A stretch of 64,000 bases of DNA from NCBI GenBank assembly GCA_965113315.1, contig OZ220373.1; one strand, written 5' to 3'. Position numbers and translations under genes: made by a program. The stretch comes from Podarcis vaucheri (taxonomy: Eukaryota). Below are positions 14,987-28,507 of this stretch, piece by piece; within the stretch, counting starts at the first letter, position 1, and each line of letters starts with the position of its first letter. Under the pieces are notes generated by a model. The model was not told where the DNA came from. It made no database searches and saw only the letters and a list, made by a program, of their open reading frames with translations.

Positions 14987-17900
14987 GTATTACTTGGAGA
15001 CATTAAATATTGCCCCTAGAAGTTTCTGGCTTGCCTGAGGACCACTTAGTTATTAATACTAAATAAATTTTGTTATACTTTACTTCCAAGTTCTTAAAAA
15101 AAGTACTTGTACTAATATAACTGAGAAGGCATTTAACTGACTATAGAATAATAACTCATTTAACTCTATGGAATAATAGTTTTGGGGTCATCTGTACTTG
15201 GACAATATACTCACTGAAACATATTGTAATAGTTTGTGTGACTAGTGACTCCTCAATACTAAATCAACAAAGTTTTTATTCTTTCATTCATTGCCATGCA
15301 GAAAAGCTGACATGTTTTGGATTCCAGTGTGTTGTTACATGGGGTATTCATTGTTCTATATATACAAGTCTGTAAATTAATTTCCGGATACTAGGTGAGG
15401 GCTTGAAAAGTCCCTTCCAACTGTGACCAGTCCCATCTAAAGGGGGAAAAGAAAAATGAAGGCACCATCTGGAGTGATTTGTTTCTTCAATTAGTGGAAA
15501 TACCTCATGTAGTGGCAAAACTTACACTTTTAGGATCCCCAAATATGTACTATATTGTCATATTTTTATGGATGAGGAAACATCACAGTGAAGGTGAATT
15601 TCAACTATAGAGACTACAGAATATTTGCTTAATAGAGGTGAAGCACCATCCTGAGACTCACAGGATCATCTTAAGAGAAGACTTATTAGTACTTTGGGGG
15701 AAAGAAGCATAAATACCAAAGTGATGTAGATTTACTACCAGACTAGTGGATTATCTGTTAGCAAGCAAACTGATGGAGCAGTGAGCCTTTGCAAGTTTTG
15801 GATTGTTCCCGAACCTGAAAGTTGCTGATACCAAAGAAGCTGAGTCACCTGTTGTTGGATGTATTGAGGCTGCAAATGAACATGAGGCTAGAGAAGCAAT
15901 TGAAAATGTCCCTGCTCATGGGAGAGTGCTTGGTTAAGGATAAATCACTCATAGACGCTATCAGACAGATCATGCTGCCTAGTGAAAAATCTGAAAAAGG
16001 GGTCTCTTGCATCTCTGTAGAGTATACTTGTAAGTTTGAGTTGATGCCTGGTCATCAACGCAATCCAAATTTCTGCAAGCCCCACCTACAATCATCTGCA
16101 AAAGCATTCTTCAGAAGACAAGACTGTTTATAACCATCCAACATTCAGCAAAATTCTCTACTGGTAACTTAAATAATAAATATTGCAAAACATCTCAGAG
16201 TTAGATGGAACCTGAGTCAAATAGCCCAACTCCCTTTCTGGTAAAAGATAACTGTATGTAAAGCATCCTTATTTGATGCTTATCATTGAAAAATAATAAT
16301 AATAGGAGAGGAATTCTTCAATCTTCCTGTGCAGCTTTTTCAATTGCTGGATTTATTGTATCACAAAGTAGCAGTAAGGATCCCTAATTAAAAAAAAGCT
16401 AATTGCTTTCTGAGAATGAGTTCATATAAGTGCTTTGAGTGCTGTTATATTAAATAGTGTGTGTTTATCTGATGTTCTAACTGTGCACCTTCTCAGATGT
16501 ACTTAAAAAACCACACACCCTAAGATGTAGAGCAAAATTTAGAATGTATATGGTGATTCCTGAAGTTCAGCGCTAGTTGGTAATCCCTGTGACACTTTCC
16601 CCTGGGGCTGCAAGCCCTTTTTGCAGCAACAGTGCTGCCCTAGAGAAGTAAATGATTCCTTTGGAATATAGAGTTTGGGGCATTACAGATTAATCACTAT
16701 TAATAGATTGCGTCTCATGCAGAAACATGCTATCAAGGCTCACAAATTTACAGGCTGGAAGAAATGCTGGAAAATGGCAGTAAATAACTGCAAAAATGCA
16801 AAGGGAAAGAAGATGAATAAAGCACACACAGAGAGGCAGAGATCCATGTTTTTAATGTGGACTCGTATTTTAAATGTAACATTATTACATTACTTACATA
16901 AACCTGAGGACCTAAGTAATTTGAGTTTGAATATGACTTCTGTTAGTTACTTCACAGAATGTGACCTATCTGCTACTGTGTTAAAGCATTCAGTTGCTGG
17001 CAGTACCATGAACTACTACAAATTCTCTATCACTGTGCTTCACTAGCTGAAAATACAGCAGTGGCATACAATTTAATCACCTTTTCTACCTCTGTACTTA
17101 AGTAGAGGAAGAACCTTATATGAGGAAATTATTGTGGATGTTAAACTTTGTGTGTTACTTCAGACACTTTTTAGATAGCACAGGAGGGTAGTGGGTAGTG
17201 TGTCAGTGCAAATGAATGCTTTTAATTAGTATAGGATGTAATGGCAAATGGACTTTACCAACATCTTTCACATAACTGGGCAATCTTGGGGGTGGGGGGT
17301 TAGTTAACAAACAATAACAGTAGGCAACATGGCAAAAGAAATACTTCCAGCTGTTTGTAAGTAGAAAATGCATTGGTATGTAAAAATTATGCCAGACTCA
17401 TGTGAGAGGCCTGTTCCAGTTGCTGAAAGAGGCAAAACCAGCTAATCTATTAGAGTCATTTTCCTTTCTCAGATCCTTAAGAGTAGGGAACTTGCATGAC
17501 GCTGCATGTGTGTATGTGTGTATGGATGTGTGTTAGTTGCAGTCCGATTTGCCTGTCTACAGCTCATTATTTTGGGCTTTGATCACTGGACTCTAGTGAG
17601 AAGCTAGCTATCTTTAAACTTTGTTCTCCCCTATGGCCTTGGATGCATTTTGATTAACTCCATTCTTTAATAGTTGAAGCCCTGCCCTGGTTGAGCACAG
17701 TCCCAAAATGGTTTCTACCTCTTGGTACCTCTCATGTTAGATGTGGATTGCTAAATTGCTAGGAGCTATAGGCATCTTTTACTGCAGATATTATAGGTGG
17801 GTTGTAGTGAATATTACAGACCTCAATATTCCTCTAAACTGAGTTTTTGCCATTTTGTAAGTGCAAATACCTGTACAAGTACAAATTACTAATAAAGACT

Positions 17901-20900
17901 ATTTTTGTGTGCTTTCATAGAAATGTGAACCAACATAACTGTTCAGTTTTTCTGAATTATTATTCTAGGATCAAGACCACCTTTAATACTTCAGTCTCAG
18001 CCTCCACCTTACTCATCACCTAGAGATGTTCCCCCAGACATATTATTAGATTCTCCTGAAAGAAAGCAAAAGAAACAAAAGAAAATGAAGTTAGGCAAGG
18101 ATGAAAAAGACCAGACTGAAAAAGCTGCAATGTATGATATCATTAGCTCTCCATCTAAGGACTCTACTAAACTTACGTTAAGACTTACTCGTGTAAGATC
18201 TTCAGATATGGACCAGCAGGATGATATGCTTTCTGGTTTGGAAAACAGTAACGTGTCAGAAGGGGACATTTCCTTTAATGTGCAGTATCCAGGACAGACT
18301 TCTAAAACACCAGTTACTCCACAGGATATTAATCGCCCATTAAATGCTGCTCAGTGTTTGCCGCAGCATGAACAAACAGCATTCCTTCAGGCACAACAAG
18401 TGCCTGTTTTACAACCGAACACTTCAGTTTCTGCAAAACAACCTCAAAATCCTTTGGTACAGACGCATCAACAGGTTTCACAACATGGAACTATCACGCC
18501 ATATGATGAAGTAGAATTGGATGCATTGGCTGAAATTGAACGGATAGAACGGGAATCAGCTATTGAAAGGGAACGGTTTTCAAAAGAAGTGCAAGACAAA
18601 GGTAAAACTGTTGCGTATGTGCTGTATTTATATTTAATCAAATTTCCTATCTCCTAGAAGTCCTTGAAAATAAACCATAATCTCCATATAAAGTCACATT
18701 CTTAGTACAAAGTTGGTGATTAGTGGTGTCTGAATATTTAGAGAACAAACTTGTAGTGTGACAAATCTCTCTTAAACCAAAAAGGAATACAATTTAGGTT
18801 GTAATCTTGTGTATACTCACTTGGAGATAAGTGCTACTGAACCCAACTGGATTGACATAGGATAGGGCTGTTTACTGTAACTTGCATTTCTCTTCTCAAG
18901 AGTAGAGCAAGGGATAAGGGAAAAGCTTTGTAATTGATGATAGCCACTTTTTGCAGCATTCATCCTGTAATGCATTTGTTAAGGTGGGCAGACTTTCAGC
19001 TTGCAGGATCTGGTTTTTGTGTGTGTATATTTGCCAGAGCCAGTTACAACATACTGGTGGTGAATCTAGCTGTAAAAAATGTGGCTGGAGCGGGACACAA
19101 TTGCAGTGACCTTCCTTTATCAGTAGACATTTACATCTGAACTACACACCAGAGACTTAACATCACACAAAGATCTTGTTACAGTGATTGCATTTAGTAT
19201 ATTATTTTTCTAAACATCATAATCCAATGCTGCTCAATTCTCCCTTGTGCTCCCCCCTCATTACCTCAAGTGATGAGAAATAAGAAGAAAAGAAGGGAGG
19301 GAGAGAATGGAACTAATATCAATCCTGTGCTTGTTTAACCACAAATAAAACTAGTAACAGCTTTCATTATCAAAATAACAGACTTGCGAACCTACTCTAC
19401 TTGTAAAACTAAATTAATTCATTTTAGGAGATACATCTAATATCTATCCAATGCATATATCGTCAGAAATGTCACCAAGGTATTAGTGATTGAAAGCCAT
19501 ACTAGAACTAGGTTGAACAATTTCATAAAAGTAAGATAACGGATCACCAGAGTTTGTCGCCATCAGACCTGGAGAGCAATTATTTGCATGTTTACTTAGA
19601 AATGTAACTTTGTGTTCAGTTGAGCTTAGTTTCAAGTAAGTGTGCTATTCCCCCCCCCCCCGATTTTTTGTTAGTAGATAGAGTGGGAGTTATATTTAGG
19701 GGGGAAGTGGGATTTTTTTGAGGAAGGAAATGGAAGAGTAGGAAGAGAAGAAGATAATATGAAATAGGCAGCTCCTAAGTTGGCACAAGTTTAGCTCTGT
19801 CACCAAGAGGGTAGAACTACATGCACTTTGGGCAAGTCATTGGTGGGGAGGCGGGTGCAATGAGAGGAAAAGTTTATGGGCAGCACCTCTCAAATAGAAC
19901 AAATGCTCAAATTTCATCACAATTAAGGCTGCAGGCACAGCTCTCCAACTTCTCCAGGCTAATGCAAGGCAAACTTTCTCCTTGCAAGGGGGAGAAGATA
20001 TGGAGGCAAAAGAGGGAAAACAGCTGTGGCTCCTGCATATGGATTCTCACTTCTGTTCTACGAATGGATGCTTAACATGCTTGGGAATGAAAGGGGAATT
20101 TGATCAAATAGTTGCTCTCACCTCAGAATTTTGCTAGTTGGTACCCCAAGCAATTTTTTTGTCTCCATCTGGGCTGCTAACTTTGCCTCATCAGAAGCAA
20201 CTTAGTTACTCTTATTCTGGCCTTTTGAACAGGTGCAGATTCACAGTTAGGGTAAAAATGCTGCTGGACATGTGCACAAAGCAGCAATAAAAGAAAGATC
20301 ATGCCAAGTCTCTCAGGGGAGACTATTGGCAGGCAAAATCATCATGATTGACATTTTACCTTGCAGTGTTCTGCTTGCCTCCACACTGAGATAATAGAAA
20401 TGGCTGTTGCTGTTCAGTATGGGAATATCCATGTAGCCTACTTACATTTCATTGTTAAAGCATTTTAGCAGCATTTCCTCAACATTTGCTTCATGGAGAA
20501 ATGGAAAGACAACCAAACCTACTGAATTGTTGGATAGTCAATGCTAGTAAAAGACATAGGAAAAGGGCTCCTTCTTTATTTTAAAAGTTGTCTGAACGCT
20601 AGCTTATACCTTTGAAATTCTTTTTTCCAATAGCTTGTGATACATATTTAGGCTGACACCAATAAGTTAATCACCAGTTCTAGTTGCAAACAGGGATATC
20701 TTCAAATAGCATAGAGCCATCTTAGGGTCCATTGACAAAGAGTTGCCTGCAATTTCAATTGTTATGTTTTATCCATAATTGGTTAAAATTGGACATCTTA
20801 AGTAATTTGGCAGAGCATTGCTAACATACATCACCACCAGTTTTCTAAATCTGAAATATCTAGGAGGTATAAGATATCAGTGATACCATGGTTTGTAAAT

Positions 20901-23545
20901 ACAAACACTTACATTAGTTCTTCTGAAATCAGTGTAGATGACATATTGTTTTAGCTCCATTGGTCCAGTGAAATAGTCCAATCAGCATACATGCTGCCTC
21001 TTTTTTTCTTTGAAATGATAGCTCTCAGTAAATTTTATAGCACCTGATAAGACCATGGGAAGTGCCCTTGTTTGTTGTGCCTTTGCCAGTATGGACAATG
21101 GAGGAATGTTTCCCTCTTCTGGGTTAAACCTAGAGCTGGGACAATGGATGCAATGCACACATGCCTTGCAGCTGCTGCAGATGTGGGAGAGAGGTATCAG
21201 ATGCTATAGTAACAGGAATGCTTTCCATACCCTGTGAGATTGAGAAGATGTTAAATAGATGGTGCTATGGGAAGGATAGGTAGCAGGTAGAGCAGAACTT
21301 TTCAAACTGTGTGTTGTGACACATCAGCATGTTGGCTGCGGTGTGCTCGTGAATGCTCTCCGTGCTCCTACCAGGGCTGGAAAGTGGTTAGCTTAACCTC
21401 CAATTTGTTAATAAAACTGATTTACTGTGTTGCAAAATTATGCATGTCTAAAAAGTGTGTCACCAACATGAAAAGTTTGGGAGTGCCTTTCCCTAATAAT
21501 CTGATGCAATCACTGTTGTGCCATTAGATAAGAATGCCATGTCCTGCATAATCTACTACAACAGTAGAGCTATATTTCAGTGATGGAAGCCCGTACCATA
21601 CCAGGTCACTATTTCAGCTGTCAGAAGACACCAAGTGTGTGATACAAAGTCTAAAATTCATTTTCCCTTTAATGAAGCTTTAATCTGTTTTAATGGTTTA
21701 GCATAATTATGTTTCAAAGTGTTGATTGGCATTACTTTACTTGTATACAGATTTAGTGTTTCTTTTTTCTCTTGTAAATCTAATACTTTTACTAAATTTA
21801 TCAGATCATTTTCATATGTATTCTTATAACTGGTTCAGAAACGTGTGTTACATCTTAATGTTAGTGACACAATATAAAGGTATCCTGAAATCAGCTTCCT
21901 AATCATTACAAATCCATATTTACCTTTTTTTGCTTTTTTATAAACATTTTTTTTTAAAAAAAACCATTCTGCTTTCCCCTCCCCCCAACCCATTCCCAGA
22001 TATTTGGGATATGTAAACTAAAATTGCTACTGTAAAGTGAGGGTTGCGCTTTTCAAGGTATGTTGAGGAAAGCTTAACAGTCAGAACAAATCTTGTGCCC
22101 AGTTAGATATACTTAAAAGATCTAGTAGCCCAGGAGATCTGAATTATATCTGTATAATAGCAGCTTTTAGCCTTGCCACATTGTCTACTAGTGAGGGCTT
22201 GAGAAAAATGAACTGGAAGGTACCACTGTAAGTTTGATACTGTTAATTGAAAATTCATTTCCTGAATTAAAAATACACAGATCAACATCAAATTGTTTGA
22301 CTATCCATCAACATTATGCATGAGTCAGTGCACCTTTTATTAATTATGTGGCTCAAGGAATGGATAATATATAAAATCTGATTCATAAATTGCAGAACAT
22401 AGGATAAATTGAGATTCTGGATGATCTCAAACTGGAGGGCTGGTTGTTGTTCTTTAAGTGAGGTAAATCCAGGGGTCCGTAATGCTTGAATAGATCCTGG
22501 AGATAGTGGGCTAGGCAACATAACTCGAGCAAATAATGACAGTTTTAGGTGGGCATTGATGGACTGTGAGTCAGTATGTGTAAAAATGCATGCATTTAGA
22601 ATAACATAGTTCCAAGCCACGATTGAAGTCCTGTGCTGAGATTCCTTATCCAATGAAAGGAGAAGAAATTGGTTTGACTTACGGAAATGTAGATCTGATT
22701 TAAAACAACTGAAAAGCTACATATGTCCACAACCTTTTTGAATGGTTTGATCCACCAAGTGTGTGTTGAAGTCTCCACACACCTTTCATGCACAAAGCCA
22801 GAGAGTTGCATCATCACTGTTTTAAGCTTCTTCCAGTTTTCTGTTGTATGTAGGAAATTCTATCCAAAATTCCACAAATTAAGAAATTAAGACTTCTCAT
22901 AATTTCATTCTAGTATGCACATACCTGTAAGTGAACAAAAAGGAAGTGGCCATGTTTTGTGTTGTGCTGTTTTCTGTGGTGTGTTTGCCATCTTTAAATA
23001 TTGAGCTTCAAGGATCTCATTTCCTAGGATTATATATTATCTGATTTCAGTCACTTTGATCTTTGATTCAATGAAAAGTCAAAGAATCTGATTACATCCT
23101 TCAGAGTTCAGAGATAATTGTTTAACTATTAACTATTTCCTTCTACTAGTGTCTCACTCCTTTTCTTATCAGGAGATGGATTTAATGCATATTTTTTAAA
23201 AGACAGTTTTATGTCCACTATTGGTAGTTTTGTAATCTAAACTAGTTGTATGCAAATGATCTATTGTAATTCTCAATCCTATTTATGGACAGAGAAATTG
23301 GGAATGGGAAAGGGGGAATAAGCATTTCATCATCTTTCTGGAGAGAGGAGAAATGGGATTAGGCTTGCCATTATGAATGTAGTTATATCTATTGAAACAC
23401 AATCACAACATGTGGCTAATGAATGTGATAAATATAATTGGTAGTAGAATGTCATCCAGAGTTTACAATTTCCAAGTAATATCCAAATAATATATATCAG
23501 TTCATAACCAAACAGTTATGTAAAGAGTTACTGGTGAGGAACACC

Positions 23546-23583
<38 letters not shown>

Positions 23584-26500
23584 TTTATTTATATCCCGCC
23601 CTCCCCAGCCGAAGCAGGGCTCAGGGCGGCTAACAACACTAAAGTAGTGCAACATTCTAAAAACATTATAAAAATTAATTAAAATCAAAATTGATGGCAA
23701 CCATAAACTAAAGTTCTGCAGGCAGGATGCCTTTCAATGCCCAAGAAGTATTGTGGTGGGTGCTCCAACGTAACAAATTCAACAGCAATCAGCAAATAAG
23801 CAGTACAGTATATCCGGATTGGATCAACTGTTTGGAACTAGACTCTTCGTCAGCTGATAATGAAATTAAAGACTTTAATTACAATGAATGACAACAAAAA
23901 TAATACTGAGCAACCTGCATATTAAATAATGAATAAATAATGAATAATTAATGCATACCAAGTAGTTTTTTTTTAAGAATATCCATACAGGTAAAAATAG
24001 TACCTGTGGATCAGAGCTCACTAATCAGTGTAGCTAACGGATACTGATACAACCGAAGTAAGAACTTATAAAGCAGTAGTATAGCTTGTTTTTCTCATTA
24101 ATCCCCCCCGCTGCTGTTGCAAGAAACTGTTGACAGCCTGGCTACCATTTTGCATTCTTTACATTGCCTGGACCTAACACCATTCGAAGGCATTGTAGAA
24201 GAAAAAAGTGTTCACCACAAAAAATGGTGGAGAGCATTCAGATAAAATTTTCAAAGTGACATATTTTTCTGGGTGAAATTTCCAAATTGTTTCAGGGGGA
24301 AAAAAGGCTTTTGAGAAATTTTGGTTCAACTAAAATTGTTGTATTTAGGGATACAAACAAATGCATGCCAGGAGAACAAAAATAATGAGGTTTTAAGTGT
24401 AAAGGTGTATAATGTCTGTTTACTTTCTGATTCCCCAAGCCACTCTGCCTTGGCAAAACTCGTTCTCCTGAGGACTGTAAAAATAGGTGGGTTGTCTTGC
24501 TGACCACAAGACATGGCTGATGGTCTGAGTTCTGATTGCGGGACGATAATTTCTGTAGTCCTAAAAATCTGTACAAGAGCTATAGATTTATTAATGAATT
24601 TTGTGACTGTTGAATACTAGTCATTTATTTCTTTGGCACTATCCAATCACCCAGACACTGGCATGCTCTATGCTCAGCCAAGTAGGAGGCAGGATTTCTC
24701 TGTACAATGATTTTCTTTCCACCTTCACTTTTATAGTGCTATGGTACCTGTCTTTCAGAAATTGGGTTTTCTTCCACCTTTTCCACCCCTGCTTCAGTGG
24801 CCAGGACTAAAGAGGCCTAGTTTAGCTACCTTTAGTTTTTTAAGTTCCTTACTTTGGTGGCAGGGGAGGGTTTACTAGAGAATGATGGATGGTGTTCCTC
24901 ATAGAGATGGCACTGCCTACTGGAAGGAACAGGCAGGTTCACTGAAGCCTTTTGCCTCCTCTGGTGGGAGGAGTGATCCCTCACACCAGACTGACTTTGC
25001 CTGCCTGCAGTTGGTGATGATTGAGTCTCCTTGCTCTCTGTTGAGTACTTGCCTTTTCTTGGTCTGGTGCTTTTCCTATTGTATATTTTTGAATTGGTGA
25101 TGTTTTTGTTTTTATTTTTACTTTGCTTCCTCCTCTCCCCCTTTGGTGCTACTACAGTTGTTTGTTGACTTCCCTTTTGTTGCCCCAAATTGTGGGCTGT
25201 TTGTTTAGGAATAAGCAGCCACAAAACTAAAATAGAAAATGAAAGTAACCACCAGAACAGGTGAAGTCTTCGCTCAACCGCGTGGGGAGGGGGGGGGAGG
25301 GAATCAAATCCTATCATTTCCCACTGATACATTTGTAAATAAGCATTGCCTAGCAGTTCTTGCATTGGCAGGCAGCAGAGATCAGGGCTCCCCCTGGTGG
25401 ATGTCAGGAATTTTGTAAAAGCTCATTGCTAACCACAAATCTTTTAGACCAAATACAGTGGTACCTCGGGTTACAGATGCTTCAGGTTACAGATGTAATT
25501 CAGAATCATATTTATTCTTCAAAGAATATTTATTTAATGAATGTTGATGAAATTTAATTATTGCCTGTTCTTGCTGGTATAGTTGGTTCTGTCTTGCTGT
25601 AGATGGTTCAAACATAATTTAGTGTCACTGTTTTGTTTTTAAATCTCAGTAGCTTTCCATAATTCATTTTAAGTTATATTGTTTTCTACAGCAGTCCAGT
25701 TATGTGTCATAGTCTATGAACATACAAAAATGCATATGTTTCATTTCCTTGATATATTCACTAAAATGAACATTTTTAATTTATTCTTTCTTTGATTTGC
25801 AGATAAGCCTTTGAAGAAACGAAAACAAGATTCCTATCCACAGGAGGCTGGAGGTGCTACTGGAGGAAATAAACCAGCTTCTCAGGAGACAGGTTCTGCA
25901 GGAAATGGGTCAAGGCCAGCCTTGATGGTTAGTATTGATCTACAACAAGCAGGACGGGCGGACTCTCAGGCAACTGCTACTCAGGACTCTGAAATCATCA
26001 AAAAGCCTGAAGAGATAAAGCAGTGTAACGATGGTTCTGTTTTTGTTCCTCAAGAGGATGTTATTGGAGTACTTAAACTAAAATCTGAAAACCACCCTGA
26101 CATCCCTAGGAAAAAGTCAGATTCCGAAGGTGTAAAGGTGGAAATACAACACAGTGAAAACAAACAAGCAGAAGTGCAGCAAAATGAGAGTAAACGGATA
26201 GAAACTAAACACACTGAAAGCAAGCAGGCAGAAATTAAACATGAGAGCAAACATGAGAGTAGACAGGTGGATGTGAAACCAAATGAGAGCAAGCAGAATA
26301 ATGGCAAACAGGATATAAGGCAACGACCTGAGACTCCAAAACAGAAAAATGAAGTGAGGCCAGATACTCCAAAACAGAAAAATGAAGGCAGGCCAGAAAC
26401 CCCAAAGCAGAAGAATGAAGGCAGGCCAGAAACCCCCAAACACAGACATGAAAACAGGCGGGATTCTGGTAAATCATCTTCAGAAAAGAAGCCTGATATA

Positions 26501-28451
26501 TCTAAATATAAAATGGACATGAAATCTGATCCTTCCAGAGTGAAATCTGAAAGGCCTGATGCATTAAAACAGAGGACAGATGGACGTTCAGTTTCTGACT
26601 CTCTAAGACGGGATCATGATAACCTTAAACAAAAATCTGAGGACAGGGGTGAATCAGAAAGACACAGAGGAGATTCATCCAAGCTGAGAAGACCTGAGTA
26701 TTTGAGGTCTTCAAGTAAGGGCGAGCATGACTCTAAATATATCATTAAATCTGATAACACAAAACCTGAAAAACTAGACAGAAAACACAGGCATGAGTCT
26801 GGTGACTCCCGGGATAGGCTGTCATCTGGGGATCAGAGATCAAGACCTGACAGCCCTCGTATTAAACAAGAAAGTAAAAGTGATATTGGTAAATTAAGGC
26901 CAGATAGACCGGGTTTTAAATCACACAACAGTAAAGATGAACGAAGGACAGATGGTAATAAGAGCAAAATGGATAGTAACAAAGCACACACAGACAATAA
27001 AGCGGAATTTCCCAGTTATTTGTTGGGGGGAAGATCGGGGGCTTTGAAACACTTTATCATTCCAAAAATCAAACGTGATAAAGATGGTAATGTCATGCAC
27101 GAAGCAAGGAAATCAGAAATTAAGGGTGAACCGAAGGACAAAGTTGAGAAGATTGGGCTTGTGGAGGATCTAAATAAAGGAGCTAAACCAGTTGTTGTTC
27201 TGCAGAAGCTTTCTTTGGATGATGTACAAAAAATTATTAAGGATAGAGAAGACAAATCTAAAAGCTCTTGTTTTAAACCTAACAAGAACAAGTCATCCAG
27301 ATCAAACAAAGGTAAGTTTTCAAGTTTTTATCCATTATGTTTAGTATTGTGGTGTGTTTTATTCTAAATTTTAATTTTGGTAGAGAGGGTTTTTCTTGTT
27401 GTTGTTGTTGTTGCTGCTGTTGTTCCTAACCATGACTTTCCTAAATCAGTATGGGTAAACATATTAGGGATTGTTTTGTATTAGATTGTACTTACATAGC
27501 TTGATTATCCAAAAAGGTTGTTTAACAAAGATAAAAGTATTGTAAGTGTTGATTTTCTACCCCACAGGATAAGTACATGTTTTTATTTCAGCCTAGTTGT
27601 GGAATCGAGTTTATTATATATTTACTTGGGCGTTATTTCTTAGGGTTCCTAGCTTTCATCTTTGCTGGCAACCTGCTGCATCTTTCAGAAAAATAGTAAA
27701 ATCAATACTATCTATTTTATCCAGCTAAGTATAACCAATGTGGACTTTTAATGGGTCTAAATTAGTCATGTCTTTTAATTTCATATTGGTATGACCAATA
27801 TTAGCTTGGTATAATGAAACAAACATGGCTCTAAAATTTCCAGGTGTAGGCTTGTCCTAAAGTTGGAATTTCTCAGAAGGCTCCAATCTGCCTAGATTTT
27901 GGGAAATAATGATTACATAATCATTTCCCTGTTTAATACTTTACCAACAAAGTATACTTGGATCAAAACAGATAAAAGAAAACAAAGAGGGGAAAAATCA
28001 TGATTTAGTAGGTTTGTGAAAATAAAACTGTATTTGGTGCTGAAAAGGCATTGCAGTAAGCACCGGCTGGAATTCTTTGAGGAGGAAGTGTGCCACTATC
28101 AAGAAGATTCTTTCACTTGTAGCCACCTGCTGAAGCTCAGTTGACAGAAGCACACAAAGAAGAGCCTCAGATGAAGATTTCGTGCTGTTTAATTCTGCAT
28201 ATCAACCTAAAAAGTGGAAATTAATTTGTTTTTGTAAATATTGTACAGTATAAGCAGATGATCAGCCATGTACACCTAGTTAACCATGTTCAGCTTATTT
28301 TGCATTTCTGTTCTTGTCCAGGTTGTAGCTAATTTACTCATTTCTACACATGGTAGTCCTTTCTCAGTTATTAATATCCTTTCCTTTAAAGGTTTTTGCT
28401 CAACATGATACTATTACATAGCACACACACGTGTAACTATAATTAATGCAA

Positions 28452-28507
<56 letters not shown>

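Noticed and set aside
24832-25365. 177-aa minus ORF in intron 9
   Set aside because: Low-complexity product of T-rich and G-run sequence; no homology I can recognise.
26050-27309. Antisense ORFs of 80-156 aa overlapping exon 10
   Set aside because: Shadow ORFs of a purine-rich, repetitive coding exon (S/F/L/C-rich), with no independent gene signals.
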